A stretch of 64,000 nucleotides of DNA, from NCBI GenBank assembly GCA_965261395.1, contig OZ253462.1:4128001-4192000 (forward strand), given 5' to 3'. The notes beneath the pieces are model-generated. The model did not search any database and was not told the DNA's origin. It was given only the letters and a program-made list of their open reading frames with translations. Made by a program: the position numbers and the translations under genes. Source of the stretch: Candidatus Latescibacterota bacterium. Lineage in GTDB: Bacteria; Latescibacterota; UBA2968; UBA8231. Positions 9,625 to 20,254 of this stretch are shown in pieces; within the stretch, counting starts at the first letter, position 1, and the number at the start of each line of letters is the position of its first letter.

Positions 9625-10946
9625 TCAAGACCAGGGTGGGGATATTCTGCTTGGTGGTTTTGTACGCGGTCTCCAGTCGCCCAGCCGCCGCAGAGGCCAC
9701 GCCTTTGATCCTCGACTTGCAGACCGGGTTGACTTTGGTGCAAGAAAACAACGAACGCCTATTGCAAGCCCGCATTGACCTGCTGCGCGGTCGCGAGGAA
9801 CTCCGCGTGGCGCGAGCGGCAGGTCTGCCGCAGGTCGATGCCTCCTTCACGTATAGCCGCAACTGGCTGCTGCCTTCTTTTGTTTTTGCCGGCAATGCCG
9901 TTAGGATCGGCACTGAAAACAACCTCACGGGCGTCGTGAGCGTGCGCCAGCCGCTCTATGCCGGAGGCCGCATCCGCGCTAATGAGGACATGGCCCGCCG
10001 CCAGTTTGCCATGCTTGGCGAGACCAAGAGGCAGACAACACAGCTCGTGGCAGCCGAGGTGGAGGAGCGCTTTTACGATCTGCTCCTAGCAGCGGAATTG
10101 CGCACGGTGTCCCATCTAGCGCTTGCGTGGGCTAGACGCAATCTGTCCCAGGTGGAGGCACGGGCGCAGGCCGGCCGGGCCGCTGAGCTCGACCAGTTGC
10201 GCGCTCAGGTGCAGGTCTCGAACCTGCGCGCCGACTCCATCCGCGCCGAAAACAACCTGCGGCTGGCCACTATGGCCCTCAAGGATGTCGTTGGTTTAGA
10301 CTTGGACCGGGCCATAGAGGTGCAGGGAACGTTTCGCACCGAGACGGTGCTCGATCTCGATGATCTAGACGCCCTCGTCGCCTTGGGGCTAGCGAAGCGG
10401 CCAGAGCTGGGGCAAGTCGAGCAAGAAATAGGATGGTACGAGCGGAAGATCACCGCCGATCAGGCGTCCACCCGGCCTAGGGTGGAACTAGTAGCCACTG
10501 GGCAAACCCAGTTCCAGAGCGACGGGTTCGACCTAGTCGATCGGGAGTGGCGCAAGAGTTGGAACACCGGGTTGGTAGTGCAAATACCGCTTTTCGACGG
10601 GCGGCTCACCGGGGCGCGAGTAGCGCAGGCGCGGCAGGACCTGCGCCGGATAGAGTACGACCATCAACGGATCGCAAGACAGGTGCGGCTGCAAATCCAG
10701 CAGGCCTATTATGCCGTCGAGGAAGCCAGCGAGCGCATTGAGGCCCACCGCGATGCGGTATTGCAGGCCGAGAAGGGGCTAGAGGTCGCCGAGTTGCGCT
10801 ATGCGAGCGGGGTCGGCACGCAATTGGAAAATCTGGACGCGCAATTGGCCCTAGTAGAGGTGCGCACTCAAAGCGCTGTCGCTCACCGCGACAAGGCACT
10901 TGCCCTGATGCGGCTCGAACAGACCGTGGGTGTCCTCGGTGAGTAG
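9618..10946 (+). CDS. TolC family outer membrane efflux protein
   Basis: Signal peptide; two OEP repeats (LPQVD, QPLYAGG, IPLFDG, RYASGVGT). Confidence 0.9.
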   Translation: MLIKTRVGIFCLVVLYAVSSRPAAAEATPLILDLQTGLTLVQENNERLLQARIDLLRGREELRVARAAGLPQVDASFTYSRNWLLPSFVFAGNAVRIGTENNLTGVVSVRQPLYAGGRIRANEDMARRQFAMLGETKRQTTQLVAAEVEERFYDLLLAAELRTVSHLALAWARRNLSQVEARAQAGRAAELDQLRAQVQVSNLRADSIRAENNLRLATMALKDVVGLDLDRAIEVQGTFRTETVLDLDDLDALVALGLAKRPELGQVEQEIGWYERKITADQASTRPRVELVATGQTQFQSDGFDLVDREWRKSWNTGLVVQIPLFDGRLTGARVAQARQDLRRIEYDHQRIARQVRLQIQQAYYAVEEASERIEAHRDAVLQAEKGLEVAELRYASGVGTQLENLDAQLALVEVRTQSAVAHRDKALALMRLEQTVGVLGE

Positions 10947-10983
10947 TAAACCACAAGTACTTAACAGGAAAGGAAAGGCCGCC

Positions 10984-12153
10984 ATGGGCGACAAACAATA
11001 CGCGGTTCGGGCCTCGCATTGTGACCATCGGGCGAGCGAGGAAGAAATATACGAGGTTCTAAAACGGACTACCGATCCGCTGGAGCGCTCTTGGAAGAAG
11101 CTAGAAAAAGCGCGGCGAATCGTCTTGAAATTCAATATGATCAAGCCGCCGGAACGCATAGAGTACTTCGCCGGCCGCCGGAGGGAGTTGGTAGATGATG
11201 CCGTGGCCCGCGCGGTGCTGCGCCTGCTGCGAGAGCGGACCACAGCCGAGCTAATCACCACCGACACCTACCCCTACGGCAACGGCCATGTAACACCCGA
11301 TGACTTTAACTACCGCTATATCTTTGCCACGTACGATGTGCCCGGTGGCGGCTGTATGTTCGACCACTACCTGCTCAATGCCATCTTTGCCGAGGCCGAC
11401 GAGGTGGTATCCATCGCCAAGATGAAGAATCACGCCTTTATGGGCATTACCTTGACCTTGAAAAACCTCTTTGGTCTGCCGCCGATGATTCCGCCGGAAG
11501 GGCGGACGCGGTCGTATTACCACCATCTAATCCGGCTTTCTTACGTCCTACCGGACTTGGGCATGATTACCAAACCCTGCCTCAATATCGTCGAGGCCCT
11601 CACCGGCCAATGGGGCCGCGAATGGGGCGGCGAGGGCCGGATTTGCAATGCCTTGATGGCCGGAGATCATCCGGTGGCGACCGATGCCTGCGGCATGACC
11701 TTGATGGGCCACGATCCCCACTCCGATTGGCCGACCCCGCCTTTCCGCCGCGACCGCAATCACCTGCTGATAGCTGCCGAGCACGGCTTTGGCACAGTGG
11801 ATTTGAACGAGATCGACTTTGTCAGCGAGGTCGAGGCTCCGTTGGCCGAGTTTGACTCCGTATCTACGGACCCAGATGCCACAGTGGCCAACTGGCGGCG
11901 CACCACCTGCGAGCAGGGACTGATCTACCAAGACGAACAGCGGAAGCTAATCGACCGCTATCGAGGGGAGTTCATCTATATGCAAGATGGCCAAGTGGTG
12001 TGGAACGGGGACAATCCGAGCAATCTCGGCAGCCGCCGCAAACTCAGCGGCGACAAGAAGGATAGCGCCCTTTGGCTCAAATACGTTGATCCAGCAGAGG
12101 GAGAAGGGGAGCGCTTTGAGCGCTATAGCGAGTGTTTACGGCTGGCGTCTTAA
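10984..12153 (+). CDS. DUF362 domain-containing protein
   Basis: LKFN, SIAKMKNH...ITLTLKNLFG and DHPVATD motifs. Confidence 0.8.
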   Translation: MGDKQYAVRASHCDHRASEEEIYEVLKRTTDPLERSWKKLEKARRIVLKFNMIKPPERIEYFAGRRRELVDDAVARAVLRLLRERTTAELITTDTYPYGNGHVTPDDFNYRYIFATYDVPGGGCMFDHYLLNAIFAEADEVVSIAKMKNHAFMGITLTLKNLFGLPPMIPPEGRTRSYYHHLIRLSYVLPDLGMITKPCLNIVEALTGQWGREWGGEGRICNALMAGDHPVATDACGMTLMGHDPHSDWPTPPFRRDRNHLLIAAEHGFGTVDLNEIDFVSEVEAPLAEFDSVSTDPDATVANWRRTTCEQGLIYQDEQRKLIDRYRGEFIYMQDGQVVWNGDNPSNLGSRRKLSGDKKDSALWLKYVDPAEGEGERFERYSECLRLAS

Positions 12154-12166
12154 CTAGGAGCAGCAG

Positions 12167-12529
12167 ATGATTAGGGGCGACAAGGAACTGTACGTAGTTG
12201 CTGACCGCGTGCTAATCCGGATTGACGACATGGAAGAGCGCACGGCCGTGGGACTTTATTTGCCGCCGACAGCCTTGGAAAAGGAGAATGTGCAAAGCGG
12301 GCACATCGAAGAAGTGGGACCAGGCGTTCCCTTGCCGCCAAAATCCGATGACGACGGTGCACCTTGGGAAGAAGGGGGCGAACAAATGCGCTATATCGGC
12401 CTCCAGGCCAAAAAAGGCGACCACGCCATTTTCCTGCGCAAAGATGCGGTGGAAATCAAGTTCGACAACGAGAAGTTTATCGTCGTGCCGCAGGCGGCGA
12501 TCTTGGTGCTCGTCCGGGACATTGCTTGA
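12167..12529 (+). CDS. Co-chaperonin GroES-like protein (no adjacent groEL)
   Basis: DRVLI, GLYLP, VGPG motifs; AGGAG RBS. Confidence 0.85.
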   Translation: MIRGDKELYVVADRVLIRIDDMEERTAVGLYLPPTALEKENVQSGHIEEVGPGVPLPPKSDDDGAPWEEGGEQMRYIGLQAKKGDHAIFLRKDAVEIKFDNEKFIVVPQAAILVLVRDIA

Positions 12530-12566
12530 GGGCCGTTTGGGACCGTATGCAGGAAAGGAGAAGGAA

Positions 12567-12896
12567 ATGGGCGTTGCTGATCTGATTCAAAAATTCCAGT
12601 TCGTCGTGGACTCTAATGGCGAGAAGCAATCGGTGCTGATCGACTATGCGGTTTGGGAAGAGCTGTTGAACTTGCTGGAAGACCTTGAAGACTCAGAGGA
12701 AATCGGCCGTCTACGCGACGCCGCAGAAGAATCCATTCCATGGGAGCAGGCTAAGGTAGAGTTGCTATCTGATGATAAATTTGAGGCCCTAGCCGATCAG
12801 TTAGCCGACGATTTTATGGATTATGTTGGTCCCGATTGCCCCCCATTATCCGATTACGCGGTTAGCCGCAAAGGACTTTACGAGGATCATTTATAA
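12567..12896 (+). CDS. Putative antitoxin (apparently chimeric)
   Basis: AAAGGAG RBS; acidic 109-aa ORF ending 2 bp before a PIN toxin gene. Confidence 0.65.
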   Translation: MGVADLIQKFQFVVDSNGEKQSVLIDYAVWEELLNLLEDLEDSEEIGRLRDAAEESIPWEQAKVELLSDDKFEALADQLADDFMDYVGPDCPPLSDYAVSRKGLYEDHL

Positions 12897-12898
12897 TC

Positions 12899-13342
12899 GT
12901 GATTTATCTGGTCGATACGAATGTTTTGTTGCGAGTTTTATATCGCGCTGATCCACGTTATCCAATCGTTCGAGCGGCTGTGCGTAAATTGCGGATGAAT
13001 GGTCATCAACTGCAAGCCACATCGCAAAATTTCATAGAATTCTGGAATGCGTCAACTCGTCCCATTAATCGAAACGGTTTTGGACTTACGCCATCGGAAA
13101 CAGATAGGCTCTTGCAACGTGCGGAGCGATTGTTTCCTTTGCTTCCAGATTTGCCGACTCTGTATGCCGAATGGAGACGGCTTGTCGTGACTTATGGTGT
13201 CTCAGGTGTTCAGGTTCACGATGCCCGATTGGTTGCGGCGATTCTTTCGCATGGCGCAACGCATATCCTGACCTTCAACACGGCAGACTTTACCCGTTAC
13301 GCATCTGAAGGAATTGTGGCCGTTGACCCCGAGACGGTTTAG
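12899..13342 (+). CDS. vapC: VapC/PIN domain toxin
   Basis: YLVDTNVL, QNFIEF, HDARLVA and LTFNTADF PIN motifs. Confidence 0.9.
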   Translation: MIYLVDTNVLLRVLYRADPRYPIVRAAVRKLRMNGHQLQATSQNFIEFWNASTRPINRNGFGLTPSETDRLLQRAERLFPLLPDLPTLYAEWRRLVVTYGVSGVQVHDARLVAAILSHGATHILTFNTADFTRYASEGIVAVDPETV

Positions 13343-13924
13343 ATGATCCATCGTGCCGCTGCCCTCAGTCAAGGTCCGCTCCTCTGGTCTGGCGAACACT
13401 GGATTCTCTATCTGCGCCCGCCCGGAAGCCAAGCCGATAGCGGACAACTCAGTCTATACTGTGCGGCCTACAGCCCCGCAGGCCGGGGCACTGTGGCCTA
13501 TATCGACATTCCCGGCTCCGAGGGCCTGACCGTCGTTTGCACCGACAACCCCGACTTAGCCGACTTTATTACTGACACCATGATTCGCGGCAGCAATAAT
13601 CCATTCGACCACGATCTACCCCAATGGCCCGCCACCTTCAGCCGCGCCGGCCACATCGACCGCAATCCTTCTTGGACCATCCAAAGCGAGCACCATACCC
13701 TGACCGCCACTTGGGAGCAATTGGAAAGCCCCCTAGTCGGCCCACCCACCATCAATCCCCACATCGTCTTCACGGTGCTGATTTTTGCTGCCGCTGGCCA
13801 GATGCAACTCGACGGCATGGCCGTACCCGGCCGCCCTTATCCCCGCGACGCTTGGAGCAAAAGTCTAGGTCAAGCCCGCAGTTCCTGCTGTTTTGCGCTG
13901 GCCGAAACCATGGTGGCCGCCTAA
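13343..13924 (+). CDS. Hypothetical protein
   Basis: 193-aa ORF with host-like codon usage; no motif recognised. Confidence 0.6.
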   Translation: MIHRAAALSQGPLLWSGEHWILYLRPPGSQADSGQLSLYCAAYSPAGRGTVAYIDIPGSEGLTVVCTDNPDLADFITDTMIRGSNNPFDHDLPQWPATFSRAGHIDRNPSWTIQSEHHTLTATWEQLESPLVGPPTINPHIVFTVLIFAAAGQMQLDGMAVPGRPYPRDAWSKSLGQARSSCCFALAETMVAA

Positions 13925-13956
13925 AAGTACGTACCTCTGTGCCTTAGACATTCTCA

Positions 13957-14676
13957 TCAGGGGTTCCACGCGCGAACGATACTGCACAAACTGTGAGATT
14001 CCCTCTGGAATTGCGCCTTTCGATGGCCGTTACCCCCAGATGGATGCGGAAATCCATGCAGTACTCTTCGTTCCTTGTCTAAGCCGATTATCTTCAGCGC
14101 ATCCGTGGTGACCGCCTTGCCTAGCGGCACGATCAACGCATCGGGCACTTGATCGAGTTCCGGCGGCAAAGTGGAGGTGAGGAGGGACTTAAGCAGTGGA
14201 GATCGGTGAATTGGCGGATTGGACCCCGTGTAGTTCTTCCCTCGGTTGAATACTGGGTACCGGAGCGCGGATGTGGAGTGTAGAAGGTGTGAGGCATTGT
14301 CGAATAGCTGGGCGGTGCTGGCAAGTTCAAGGCGGTCCGCCACACCGATCTTGTCGAGCATGTCGATGAGGTTCGTCCGCATGGGTCCCTTGAACGCCAT
14401 CCGGAGACGGATTTCCTTGAAGAGGTGTGGTGGCTTCATGCCTTCGTGGAGAAGCCTTCGAGCCTCAGTGAACGCGGCGCGCATCTGCGCGACACCTGGC
14501 GTTATACCGACAATGACGATCTTTGCACTGGTTGTTACGCCGTGGAGCGGCGCGTAGTACACCTCGATCCGACCCTCTTCTCCGAGCAGGAAATCCGAGG
14601 TAACGACGTCATTATCCGTCGGATTAGCAGGCAACGACCGAATTTTCGCGACGTAGTCGTCAAAGCGTGGTATCAT
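13957..14676 (-). CDS. Uracil-DNA glycosylase-fold protein (uncharacterised)
   Basis: KIVIVGITPG (motif A position), LIVPLGK and FPHPSG (motif B); alternative TTG start at 14703. Confidence 0.7.
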   Translation of the reverse strand: MIPRFDDYVAKIRSLPANPTDNDVVTSDFLLGEEGRIEVYYAPLHGVTTSAKIVIVGITPGVAQMRAAFTEARRLLHEGMKPPHLFKEIRLRMAFKGPMRTNLIDMLDKIGVADRLELASTAQLFDNASHLLHSTSALRYPVFNRGKNYTGSNPPIHRSPLLKSLLTSTLPPELDQVPDALIVPLGKAVTTDALKIIGLDKERRVLHGFPHPSGGNGHRKAQFQRESHSLCSIVRAWNP

Positions 14677-14824
14677 GGTGTCTTTTCTCGTGAACAGGTT
14701 CAATTGGATTAGATGCTATTGGGGGAGGTGGCAGATCAAAGACGCACGACAATACAATAGCCCAGATCGCTCAAAGCGGCCCGGGCTTTTTTAAAAGAGA
14801 TGAGAATGTTGCAGACTAACACTA

Positions 14825-15637
14825 TTAGTTCTGGTTGAGGCCGTACTTGCCCCGCGTCAACAGAACTTCCTTCCAATAGCTCTCCCGGTTATCTATGGTC
14901 TCATCGGGTGTGGGGGCCGGACGGTATTCAAGCAATGTGAACTTGAAATTTTCTCGGGCATAGTCCAGCTTGTCTCCCACTAATTTCTGTAATTCCTTGT
15001 TCCAGCCGTGGCCAGAGCTGACATATTCTCCCCACCGAGACCAGATTCCTTGACCACCAGAGGCTTTGCCGACATATCGTTTGCCGGTACTAGTGTCGGT
15101 GATCAGATAGACGCCTTTTACGTTCTCCAAAGCCGATTTCCAATCGGGCCTGTCGTTCTGAACCAAAGTTGCGAGTTCCGTAAAGGGGAGATCGATGTTC
15201 TCATAGCCGGGAAAAATTCGCCCCGAATATGGCTCCCGCAGTATTTCCGAAACCTTGAAGTTGTCATAGTGATTCTCGAAATTTACGCGAGACGCCATGC
15301 TTCGATAGTCCCGAAAAATCTTGAGCCGTCCGATGAAGGTTGCGCCATGATCTGTCAACTCGACTTCGTATCCGTTCCCATGACCATAATCAGCTATGAC
15401 GCGGAATATCCCTCCGAATAGCCAGACGTCTTCCTCGCTATAAAACCTCATTAGCGAAAAGATGAAGTCTCGGTTGAATGCATCGTTTTTAGGACGATAT
15501 TCTTGCCAGCCGACCCAGGCGGATTTGTTGGACAACCAAACGTCCAACGGCTCTTCTTCACCGTTGTGCCGTGCGAAGTGAACTTTGTAATCGCCAACAT
15601 TTTCGATTGGCCAGATGTCCTTCAGCTTAATCGACAT
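14825..15637 (-). CDS. GIY-YIG nuclease with uncharacterised N-terminal domain
   Basis: GVYLITDTSTGKRYVGKA...SRWGEY...RE...LNQN in the C-terminal third. Confidence 0.88.
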   Translation of the reverse strand: MSIKLKDIWPIENVGDYKVHFARHNGEEEPLDVWLSNKSAWVGWQEYRPKNDAFNRDFIFSLMRFYSEEDVWLFGGIFRVIADYGHGNGYEVELTDHGATFIGRLKIFRDYRSMASRVNFENHYDNFKVSEILREPYSGRIFPGYENIDLPFTELATLVQNDRPDWKSALENVKGVYLITDTSTGKRYVGKASGGQGIWSRWGEYVSSGHGWNKELQKLVGDKLDYARENFKFTLLEYRPAPTPDETIDNRESYWKEVLLTRGKYGLNQN

Positions 15638-15706
15638 ATCTCTAATTTCTGTTCACCAGCCTTCAGAAGCTGGCTTTTTTCATGAGAATTATATACTTGA
15701 GTACCC

Positions 15707-15743
15707 AAAACACCCCAAAGGAATCTTCCTTTTGGGGTGTTTT
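15707..15743. terminator. Intrinsic terminator after the respiratory operon
   Basis: AAAACACCCCAAAGGAA-TC-TTCCTTTTGGGGTGTTTT hairpin. Confidence 0.8.
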
Positions 15744-15785
15744 CTGGTGTAGGCTTTATGTCAAAAAGTGGGCGATGGGGATACT

Positions 15786-16127
15786 TTAGAAGACCGACCC
15801 TTGTTTGAGAAACTCCACCGGCGCTTCCTCACCCCAGCCGCGCGTGTAGTAGTCCTGCATGGTCAAGGACAGCAGGATGCACAGCCAGAAGAAGCCGGCG
15901 ACCGCAAAAAGCCCGACCAGCTTGGGGCTGTATTTCACGTGCATGAAGAACAAGATGACCAGCGATGCCTTTATCAGGGCGATGACCAAGGCGACGGGCG
16001 TATTCAAAAAGCCCATGTTGACGAAAGCGGCGGTCACCGTGAGGGTCGTGCCTAGCATGAGGGCGAAGAAGATCAGAAAGTATATCTTGAGCGGGACGAC
16101 GTGATGTTCAGAGTGATGTTCAGACAT
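15786..16127 (-). CDS. ctaF: Cytochrome c oxidase subunit IV (caa3-type)
   Basis: MSEHHSEHH start overlapping cox III stop; IKASLVILFFMHVKY. Confidence 0.88.
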   Translation of the reverse strand: MSEHHSEHHVVPLKIYFLIFFALMLGTTLTVTAAFVNMGFLNTPVALVIALIKASLVILFFMHVKYSPKLVGLFAVAGFFWLCILLSLTMQDYYTRGWGEEAPVEFLKQGSVF

Positions 16128-16795
16128 TAGTGACGGCCGATCAGATAGAGCAGAGGAAAGAGGAAAATCCACACGATATCCACGAAGTGCCAGTAGAGGC
16201 CGCTGAGCTCGATCGGCGTGAAGTAATGAGCCGAAATCTCGTTGCGCCGGACCTTGGCGATCATCCACAACATGATGCCGACGCCGATGACCATGTGCAG
16301 CGCGTGCATCCCGGTCATCACGAAGTAAAACGAGAAGAAAATTTTGGCGTTGCCGAGCGTGACCTCGGGGAAGGCGGGATCGTTCCACTGGAACATGCTG
16401 CCGGGGATAAGGTGATGGTGCCACTTGTCGCTGTACTCGATGTACTTGACCCCCAAGAAGGCACATCCGAGAATGATCGTGGCGATGAGCCACCCCGTAA
16501 TCGCGTTGCGACCGGCGTTGGTCTGCGCGGCACGGACGGCCAGCGCCATGGTCAGGCTGCTGGCGATCAGCACAATGGTGTTGAAGGTACCCCAGAAGAT
16601 GTCGAGGTGGTGCGAGCCAGCAGTAAAGGCGTCGATATAGGTGTTGCGATACACGGTGTAGGCACCGAACAGCCCCCCGAAGAACAGGATTTCCTGGATG
16701 ATGAACGCCCACATGCCGAGACTGGCGGCTTCGTATTGCTGCTGCGCCGTCTCGAACTGGTGCAGGTGGTGGGCGGTATGTGCGTGCTCAGACAA
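16127..16795 (-). CDS. ctaE: Cytochrome c oxidase subunit III
   Basis: GMWAF...E, TGMHALH and [10 protein letters not shown] motifs; TTG start after AGGAGG. Confidence 0.93.
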   Translation of the reverse strand: MSEHAHTAHHLHQFETAQQQYEAASLGMWAFIIQEILFFGGLFGAYTVYRNTYIDAFTAGSHHLDIFWGTFNTIVLIASSLTMALAVRAAQTNAGRNAITGWLIATIILGCAFLGVKYIEYSDKWHHHLIPGSMFQWNDPAFPEVTLGNAKIFFSFYFVMTGMHALHMVIGVGIMLWMIAKVRRNEISAHYFTPIELSGLYWHFVDIVWIFLFPLLYLIGRH

Positions 16796-18455
16796 CTTCA
16801 TCCTCCTTAGCGCGTTCAGGTACGGCTGCGGTGCTTGGTGCTGCCGGTTCCTCCTCGCCGTAGGGATAGGCTTCCCAAGTAACTATCGGGATGGCTTCAA
16901 AGTTGTGGGCTGTGGGAGGCGAGGGGATGTCCCATTCGAGACCCTTGGCTTGGAACGGATTGGCGGGGGCCTTTTCCCCTTTGAATAGGGACCAGAGGAG
17001 ATAGAAGATGGTCAGCGAGAAGCCCAGCCCGAGGACGGTGGCACCCGCGGTGGACATGATGTTGAGGGCTTGCCATTCCTCGGGATAGGCGTGATAGCGC
17101 CGAGGCATTCCCAAGTAACCCAAGATAAATTGCGGAAAGAAGGTCAAGTTGAAGCCGGCGAAGACGAACATGACGCCGAGCTTGGCCGCCCCTTCCGAGT
17201 ACATGCGCCCGGTCATTTTGGGCCACCAAAAATGCAGGCCGCAGAGGAACCCCATGACCATGCCGCCCACCATGACATAGTGAAAGTGGGCGACCACGAA
17301 GTAGGTATCGTGGAGATGGACGTCTATGCCCAAGGTGGAGAGGAACAGGCCCGTCAGGCCGCCGATAGTGAAAAGGCCGATAAAGCCCATCACGTAGAGC
17401 ATAGGCGAGTCTAGCTTAACCGAGGCTTTGTGGAGGGTGAAAGACCAGTTGAAAATTTTGATGGCCGTGGGTACGGCGATGAAGAAGGTGATGAAGGAAA
17501 AGACCATGCTGGCATAGGTGGATTGGCCCGATACGAACAAATGGTGGCCCCAGACGAGAAAGCCGAGGACGGCGATGGCCAGCGAGGAAAAAGCCACAAA
17601 GGAATAGCCGAAAACGCGCTTGCGCGAGAAGCAAGCTACGACTTCGCTGATGACGGCAAAACCCGGCAGGATCATGATATACACGGCCGGATGCGAGTAA
17701 AACCAGAACATGTGCTGGAAGAGCACGGGGTCGCCGCCGTAATTGGGGTCGAAAATGCCGATTTTGAAGAGGCGCTCAAAGCAGACCAGCAATAAGGTGA
17801 TGGCCACCACCGGGGTGCCTAGGACCTGGATCAGGCTGGTGGCGTAGTGCCCCCAAATAAAAAGCGGCAAGCGGAACCACGTCATACCCGGGGCCCGCAT
17901 CTTGTGGATGGTGACCATGAAGTTGACCCCGGTGAGGATCGAAGAGAAGCCGTTGATAAAGACGCCGACTAAGGCTAAGGAAACGAACGAAGTGGAGTAC
18001 GTACTGCTATAAGGCGTGTAAAAGGTCCAACCCGTATCAATGCCACCCATGAGGATGGCCAGCACGGCGAAGGCTCCGCCGATGACGTAGAGGTAGTAGC
18101 TCAGGAGATTCAGGCGGGGGAAGGCCACATCGCGGGCACCGATTTGCAGCGGGATGAAAAAGTTGCCCAACACCGCCGGGATCGAGGGGATCAGAAAGAA
18201 GAAGATCATCACCACCCCGTGCATGGTGAAGAGCTTGTTGTAGGTCTCGGCCTCGACCAAATCGCCTTTGGGCGTCATCAGTTCAAAGCGGATCATACTG
18301 GCGAAAAGGCTGCCGGCCAAGAAGAAGACCGCCAGCGTTATCAAGTAGAGGATGCCGATGCGCTTGTGGTCTAGGGTCAGGAGCCAGGACTTGATGCCGT
18401 AGGTTTCGTTGAGATAGTTTTTTGGCTCGCCGTTGGCGCTCGCTGCGTGGCTCAT
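16788..18455 (-). CDS. ctaD: Cytochrome c oxidase subunit I (type A2)
   Basis: [15 protein letters not shown] (A2 YS motif), WGHH and HFHY. Confidence 0.97.
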   Translation of the reverse strand: MSHAASANGEPKNYLNETYGIKSWLLTLDHKRIGILYLITLAVFFLAGSLFASMIRFELMTPKGDLVEAETYNKLFTMHGVVMIFFFLIPSIPAVLGNFFIPLQIGARDVAFPRLNLLSYYLYVIGGAFAVLAILMGGIDTGWTFYTPYSSTYSTSFVSLALVGVFINGFSSILTGVNFMVTIHKMRAPGMTWFRLPLFIWGHYATSLIQVLGTPVVAITLLLVCFERLFKIGIFDPNYGGDPVLFQHMFWFYSHPAVYIMILPGFAVISEVVACFSRKRVFGYSFVAFSSLAIAVLGFLVWGHHLFVSGQSTYASMVFSFITFFIAVPTAIKIFNWSFTLHKASVKLDSPMLYVMGFIGLFTIGGLTGLFLSTLGIDVHLHDTYFVVAHFHYVMVGGMVMGFLCGLHFWWPKMTGRMYSEGAAKLGVMFVFAGFNLTFFPQFILGYLGMPRRYHAYPEEWQALNIMSTAGATVLGLGFSLTIFYLLWSLFKGEKAPANPFQAKGLEWDIPSPPTAHNFEAIPIVTWEAYPYGEEEPAAPSTAAVPERAKEDEVV

Positions 18456-19396
18456 GGCTGGGTAACCTCGGATTCGCTCAGGGATTTGATATAGGACGCG
18501 ATTTGCAGTAGCGACTGCTCGCTGATCTGCCCCTCGAAGATGGGCATAATCGGCTCGTACCCGGCGACGATCTTGGCCGTGGGCTGGAGTATGGACTCGC
18601 GGATATAGTCGCTATCGACGACGATCTCCTGCCCATTGCTGAGCGTTACCGGTTTGTCGTAAAGCCCGACCAGCGAAGGGCCGCGTCCCGTGGCCGTGGA
18701 TTTGTGGCAGGTCTCGCAGCCGAGTTTCTGGAACTGGCGTTCGCCCGCCTCGACCATGGATTCGCCGCTGGACGCTCCCATCAGCCAGTCGTGGTAATCC
18801 GCTGGCTCTAAGACGATCACCTTGCCGATCATACCCGAATGTTGGGTGCCGCAATACTCAGCGCAAAACAAGTGGAACTCGCCCGTCTGCGTGGCCTCGA
18901 ACCACAGGGTCGTGTAGCGCCCGGGCAACACGTCGTTTTTGACGCGGAAGGCCGGGATGAAAAAGTCGTGGATTACATCCTCTGAAGTCATGGTCAGGCG
19001 GACGGGCTGGCCCTTGGGCACGTGCAGGGTATTGATCTCGCGCTTGCCCGATTCGTGTTGGATTTTCCACATCCACTGCTTGCCGACCGCGTAGATCTCC
19101 AAAGGATCGGACGGAGGCCGCTGGAGCCGGAAGAAGACATCGGCCCCGAGCAAAAAGACAAAAAGCGAGAGGAAGAGCGGGATGATGGTCCAAGACAGTT
19201 CGAGGACGAGATTGCCGTGAGTTTGCTCGGGCTGTTCGTCTTCAGAGCGGCGGCGGTACTTGATGGCGAAGATAATCACCATGCCGAAGACAAGCAGGCA
19301 GAAGACCACAGTCAAGACGAGCAAGAATGCGTACAGAGCGTCTACTTGCCAGGCGATGGTGGAGGCTTGGGCGGGAAAAAGTGGAAAGTCGGACAT
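18452..19396 (-). CDS. ctaC: Cytochrome c oxidase subunit II with fused cytochrome c
   Basis: [16 protein letters not shown] CuA site; C-terminal CETCH heme motif. Confidence 0.95.
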   Translation of the reverse strand: MSDFPLFPAQASTIAWQVDALYAFLLVLTVVFCLLVFGMVIIFAIKYRRRSEDEQPEQTHGNLVLELSWTIIPLFLSLFVFLLGADVFFRLQRPPSDPLEIYAVGKQWMWKIQHESGKREINTLHVPKGQPVRLTMTSEDVIHDFFIPAFRVKNDVLPGRYTTLWFEATQTGEFHLFCAEYCGTQHSGMIGKVIVLEPADYHDWLMGASSGESMVEAGERQFQKLGCETCHKSTATGRGPSLVGLYDKPVTLSNGQEIVVDSDYIRESILQPTAKIVAGYEPIMPIFEGQISEQSLLQIASYIKSLSESEVTQP

Positions 19397-19414
19397 GCGG
19401 TTCAAGGCTCCGAA

Positions 19415-20254
19415 CTAGTTGAGCTGAGGCTGGTGCAGATTGTTGCGGCGCTCCCGCTTGAGCATGGCGATGATAAAGATCGCGAGAGCCAGCACAGTAA
19501 TCAGCCCACCGATGCGCAGGGAATTGCGGATGTAGAGACCGTATTTACCGGTCATTGGGTCGTAGCTATAGCAAAGCAGCAGCAGTTGATCGACCGGATT
19601 GCCGATGGCACCGTCGGCTGCTTCGACGAGACCCCAGCGCAAGTCGCGCGGGGGGTAGTCAATGCCGTAGAAATAGCGCGCCAGTTTGCCTTCTGGCGTC
19701 AGTACCATCAAGCCGCTGGCGTGGATGTACTGGTCGGTGTCTTCGTCGTATTCGTAGCGAAAGCCGACGGCTGCGGCTAGCTGTTCGATCTGGTCCTGCT
19801 CGCCGGTGAGGAAGTGCCAGCCCGTAGAACCATCGCGGCCGCGGTAGTTTTTGCTGTACTCGGCTTTTTTGGTCGCGGCCAATTCTGGTGTTTCCCCGGG
19901 ATCGATGCTGATAGTCAAGACGTCGAAATCCGTTCCAATGCCAAAACTCAGCACGTTCATCGCCCGCAAGAGGCTGTTCAGCACTTGGGTGCAGAGCATG
20001 GGGCACTCGTAGTACGCTAAGGTGAGTACGACGGGCTTTTTGCCGAAGTATTGGCGCAGCGAGGTGCGCTCACCGCTAGAGTCGGTGAATTCGAGATCCA
20101 AGGGGATCTGGTCGCCTAATTTCTGGTCGATGCCGATGCGCTGTTGTAGCTGCTGGGTATAGCTCTGCGCCCCGGTCTGGCCGGCTAGCAAAAGCGGCAG
20201 AGTCAACGCCAAAAAGATCGCGCTCCGAGCGAATGTCGTTGTAGCTCCGCTCAT
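19415..20254 (-). CDS. SCO1/SenC family copper chaperone
   Basis: CPMLC motif, WHFLTG and conserved His. Confidence 0.9.
   Translation of the reverse strand: MSGATTTFARSAIFLALTLPLLLAGQTGAQSYTQQLQQRIGIDQKLGDQIPLDLEFTDSSGERTSLRQYFGKKPVVLTLAYYECPMLCTQVLNSLLRAMNVLSFGIGTDFDVLTISIDPGETPELAATKKAEYSKNYRGRDGSTGWHFLTGEQDQIEQLAAAVGFRYEYDEDTDQYIHASGLMVLTPEGKLARYFYGIDYPPRDLRWGLVEAADGAIGNPVDQLLLLCYSYDPMTGKYGLYIRNSLRIGGLITVLALAIFIIAMLKRERRNNLHQPQLN

Noticed and set aside
16128-16712. 5' part of the 308-aa ORF 15786..16712
   Set aside because: Off-frame overlap with cox III; only the last 113 aa are cox IV
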